Assembly (NCBI GenBank): GCA_016840425.1
Contig: JAEOSI010000082.1
Location: 1 to 8,754, forward strand
From: Candidatus Wukongarchaeum yapensis
Lineage (GTDB): Archaea > Asgardarchaeota > Wukongarchaeia > Wukongarchaeales > Wukongarchaeaceae
Reading direction: 5' to 3'
DNA length: 8,754 bases
Shown: positions 6,406 through 8,754 of the stretch, piece after piece
Numbering within the stretch: position 1 is the stretch's first letter
Layout of the letters: each line of letters starts with the position of its first letter
The notes under the pieces: generated by a model
The model's database searches: none
Told to the model about the DNA's origin: nothing
Seen by the model: only the letters and a program-made list of their open reading frames with translations
Made by a program: the position numbers and the translations under genes

Positions 6406-7169
6406 GATTGAATTTTTTAACAGATGAGGAGAACGAGCGTTATCAAAGACAGATTGTTCTAAAAAGTATAGGAAAAGAAGGGCAAGAGCTGCTTAAAAAG
6501 AGCCGTGTTGCGATTGTAGGACTTGGGGGTTTGGGGAGTATTTCCGCTATGTATCTTGCATCAATGGGGGTCGGTTTTATCAGATTAATTGACAAAGATG
6601 TTGTAGAAGTCTCTAATCTACAACGACAAATACTTTACACCGTCCATGACCTAGCTTCTCCTAAAGTAGAGGTAGCAAAAAGCAGGTTAGAGGCTATGAA
6701 TCCTTACTGTAAAGTTGAACCTTTATCTGTTTTTGTAAGTCCAAAAAATATAAAAGAAATCGTGGAGGGAGTAGATTTAGTTATTGATGGATTAGACAGC
6801 TTTTCCTCAAGATTTGTCGTTAATAAGGCGTGTGTTCAAAAGAATATCCCCTATGTTTTCGGCGGAGTCTTAGGTACGCTTGGAAACACTTCCACCTTTA
6901 TCCCTTATGATGATTCTCCGTGCTTAGAATGTATTTTTTCTAAAGTACGAGACGAAGAACTTGAAACCACCGAAACAGCAGGCGTTCATCCTAGCATTAT
7001 AGGCATAATTTCCTGTATACAAATAAGCGAAGCTGTAAGAATCATCACAGGAAAAAAACCACTTCTTAAGGGAAAACTTTTATTCGGTGACCTTGAAAAC
7101 CTTGATTTTCAATCTATTGAAATCGTTAAAAACCCCTCATGTCCCACTTGCTCCAAAAAAAGACCATAA
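6399..7169 (+). CDS. ThiF/MoeB/HesA-family E1-like adenylyltransferase (UbaA/MoeB-like)
   Basis: RYQRQI, VAIVGLGGLGS (nucleotide-binding loop), IDKDVVEVSNLQRQ, DLVIDGLDSF, and Zn ligands CLEC and CPTC. Overlaps the HD gene by 7 nt; alternative TTG start at 6408. Confidence 0.93.
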   Translation: MLRLNFLTDEENERYQRQIVLKSIGKEGQELLKKSRVAIVGLGGLGSISAMYLASMGVGFIRLIDKDVVEVSNLQRQILYTVHDLASPKVEVAKSRLEAMNPYCKVEPLSVFVSPKNIKEIVEGVDLVIDGLDSFSSRFVVNKACVQKNIPYVFGGVLGTLGNTSTFIPYDDSPCLECIFSKVRDEELETTETAGVHPSIIGIISCIQISEAVRIITGKKPLLKGKLLFGDLENLDFQSIEIVKNPSCPTCSKKRP

Positions 7170-7176
7170 AGAGTCG

Positions 7177-8157
7177 ATGAACGTGGAAGAAAAAAATTTT
7201 TCAAAAAACTTAACCCCCTCAACCTCCCCAAAAAAGTCATCTCCTTTGGCTGAAGGGTTTTTGGCATTTTTTCTCATCACTGTAAGCCTCACATTTTTTA
7301 TTAGTATCGCTTTAATTGTGGATTTTGGAGCTTACTCGGTAATTTTTTCGCTTTTAGGATACTTAACCGGCTTATTGATCGTCCTTTTTTTCACGATGCA
7401 CTTTGACGGGATGGGGCTTAAATCTTCTTTTAAGTATTTAGGGATCAAAAGAAAACACGCTTTGCGTTATGCTGGATTCGGAATCGCCTTTTGCAGCGTC
7501 CAATTTTATATAAAAACTGTAATCGAATCTTTTTTCGGCATCAAGCCCATCCCTCTTTCATGGATTGACTGGCTGACGATATTTTTCATACTTTTTATCA
7601 TGATCCTTCTTGTAGGCTTCTTTGAAGAAATAACTTTTAGAGGATATATCCAATCAAAACTCATAGAAGCAAACTCGAACAAAGTTTTTCGCGATATCCC
7701 CATAGGCTTGGTTATCGCCACCTTACTATTTGGATTAGCCCATATCCCATCCTTAGTGATAACCACAATCGTCGAAGAAGGCCCAAGAGAAGTGTTAAAA
7801 ACCGTTTTTTTAATAGTTTTAATTTATCAGTCTACTATTTTAGCAATAGTAGGCTTAACATTGGGAATGATGTTTTACCGCTCTAACAACAACTTGTTCG
7901 GTAACATGACATGGCACGGCACATGGAACTTTTACGTCTTCATAAACCCCCTACCAGTAATAATAGCCCACCCTACCACATCATTAATAATAGTCCCCAC
8001 CTTGGACAATACCGATTTTGCCCTCCTAGTAGTCACCGAACTACTACTAATCCCCCTCATTCTACTCATAGGTTACGGGCTCATAGAACTCATGCCTCTC
8101 TCAAAAGACGAAAAAATCCAACACTTTAATAGCAAAGAGCTAAAAGTAAATATCTAA
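7177..8157 (+). CDS. CPBP family (Rce1/Abi, CAAX-protease-like) intramembrane glutamic protease
   Basis: Motifs FFEEITFRG (EExxxR), LFGLAH (FxxxH) and WHGTWN (HxxxN), with many TM segments. Start placed at ATG 7177, 7 nt after the E1 stop, rather than GTG 7087 inside the E1 gene; 326 aa. Confidence 0.9.
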   Translation: MNVEEKNFSKNLTPSTSPKKSSPLAEGFLAFFLITVSLTFFISIALIVDFGAYSVIFSLLGYLTGLLIVLFFTMHFDGMGLKSSFKYLGIKRKHALRYAGFGIAFCSVQFYIKTVIESFFGIKPIPLSWIDWLTIFFILFIMILLVGFFEEITFRGYIQSKLIEANSNKVFRDIPIGLVIATLLFGLAHIPSLVITTIVEEGPREVLKTVFLIVLIYQSTILAIVGLTLGMMFYRSNNNLFGNMTWHGTWNFYVFINPLPVIIAHPTTSLIIVPTLDNTDFALLVVTELLLIPLILLIGYGLIELMPLSKDEKIQHFNSKELKVNI

Positions 8158-8436
8158 AGATAAAAGGAGAAAAAGTATTCCAAATCCCATAAAGAAAGAA
8201 GCAACGCTTAAACGCAACAAAATATCCTTAAAAGTTTTATAAGGCGAAGTCTCAATAAACACAACAAAAATAAAGCCTGTCAAAATTCCAAGAAACATGA
8301 ATAAAATCGCCAATTTACCATAAGCTCCCGGTCCTATCCAAGGATCCCATCGGCCAAAATCAATCAAAGGAGCCCATTTAAACAACCGAACCACCAACAC
8401 TAAAAACAGGAAATAAGAAAAATACTTTACTTTCAA
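8140..8436 (-). CDS. Small hypothetical membrane protein (about 3 TM helices)
   Basis: Three hydrophobic stretches separated by WDPWIGPGAYGK and ETSPYKTFKD loops; fills otherwise empty space; TTG start; 18-nt convergent overlap with the CPBP gene. Confidence 0.55.
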   Translation of the reverse strand: MKVKYFSYFLFLVLVVRLFKWAPLIDFGRWDPWIGPGAYGKLAILFMFLGILTGFIFVVFIETSPYKTFKDILLRLSVASFFMGFGILFLLLSLDIYF

Positions 8437-8527
8437 TCATTAACCTTTAAGTTTTTAAATTTCTTTTTGATGAAATTTTTAAGTATTATGCCCTATTAAA
8501 AAGTAAATTTTTTAAGAAGGTGGATTT

Positions 8528-8754
8528 TTGTCCAAATCTAAACGGAAAACTAAACAAATTAAATGCAAAAATTGCGGCACCATAATCGACCCAAAGGAAA
8601 CAACTCCCAGTAAACAATGGACACTTGCTTCACCAATGCCCGACAAGGACGGAAACATCACCATAACCGCCATGGCTACTTGGAACTGTCCATCTTGCGG
8701 GAATACGGTTCGCGGAACTATGGGAAAATACAAAGAAACAGGTAAAACTAAAAG
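8528..8754 (+). CDS. Small basic four-Cys zinc-binding protein, Cren7-like; 3'-truncated by the window edge and missing from the ORF track
   Basis: TTG at 8528 after AGGTGG (8518-8523), with an in-frame stop at 8513. Translation: MSKSKRKTKQIKCKNCGTIIDPKETTPSKQWTLASPMPDKDGNITITAMATWNCPSCGNTVRGTMGKYKETGKTK..., with CKNC at 8564-8575 and CPSC at 8687-8698. Confidence 0.8.
   Translation, partial: MSKSKRKTKQIKCKNCGTIIDPKETTPSKQWTLASPMPDKDGNITITAMATWNCPSCGNTVRGTMGKYKETGKTK

Noticed and set aside
6399-7169. E1-like gene as part of a CBASS/Bil-type ubiquitin-like antiphage system
   Set aside because: No E2, JAB, Ubl or CD-NTase gene in the window; the protein looks like a standalone MoeB/ThiF/UbaA-type enzyme.
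4854-8733. ORFs 4854..5051(-), 7506..7766(-), 7911..8129(+, alternative frame) and 8512..8733(-)
   Set aside because: They overlap better-supported genes. 8512..8733 is the antisense shadow of the Cren7-like ORF, and 7911..8129 reflects the C-rich skew.
1-8754. CRISPR array, tRNA or rRNA genes
   Set aside because: No regularly spaced repeats or GC-rich cloverleaf/rRNA-like segments seen; almost all sequence is accounted for by CDSs.

Overview
AT-rich archaeal chromosomal window; an Asgard-type lineage is inferred from a longin/uDENN-like protein and is not proven. Left edge: 3' half and right end of an IS200/IS605 (IS1341-type) element encoding a TnpB with a rearranged RuvC site; its terminal TCAG also supplies the stop codon of the convergent host gene. 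Minus-strand run of four genes (4623 to 457): NPRL2/uDENN-like longin-longin-winged-helix protein, winged-helix + degenerate SAM-methyltransferase-fold protein, ABC-2 permease, and ABC ATPase with a C-terminal zinc ribbon. After an AT-rich divergent intergenic region, plus-strand genes follow: unknown helical protein, HD-domain 5'-deoxynucleotidase (YfbR/HDDC2-like), ThiF/MoeB E1-like enzyme lacking the crossover-loop Cys, and CPBP (Rce1/Abi) intramembrane protease. A small convergent membrane ORF and a partial four-Cys zinc-binding Cren7-like ORF (absent from the ORF track) end the window. Most genes appear to start with TTG. No rRNA, tRNA or CRISPR array was seen. All assignments come from motif reading by eye; no database searches were run.
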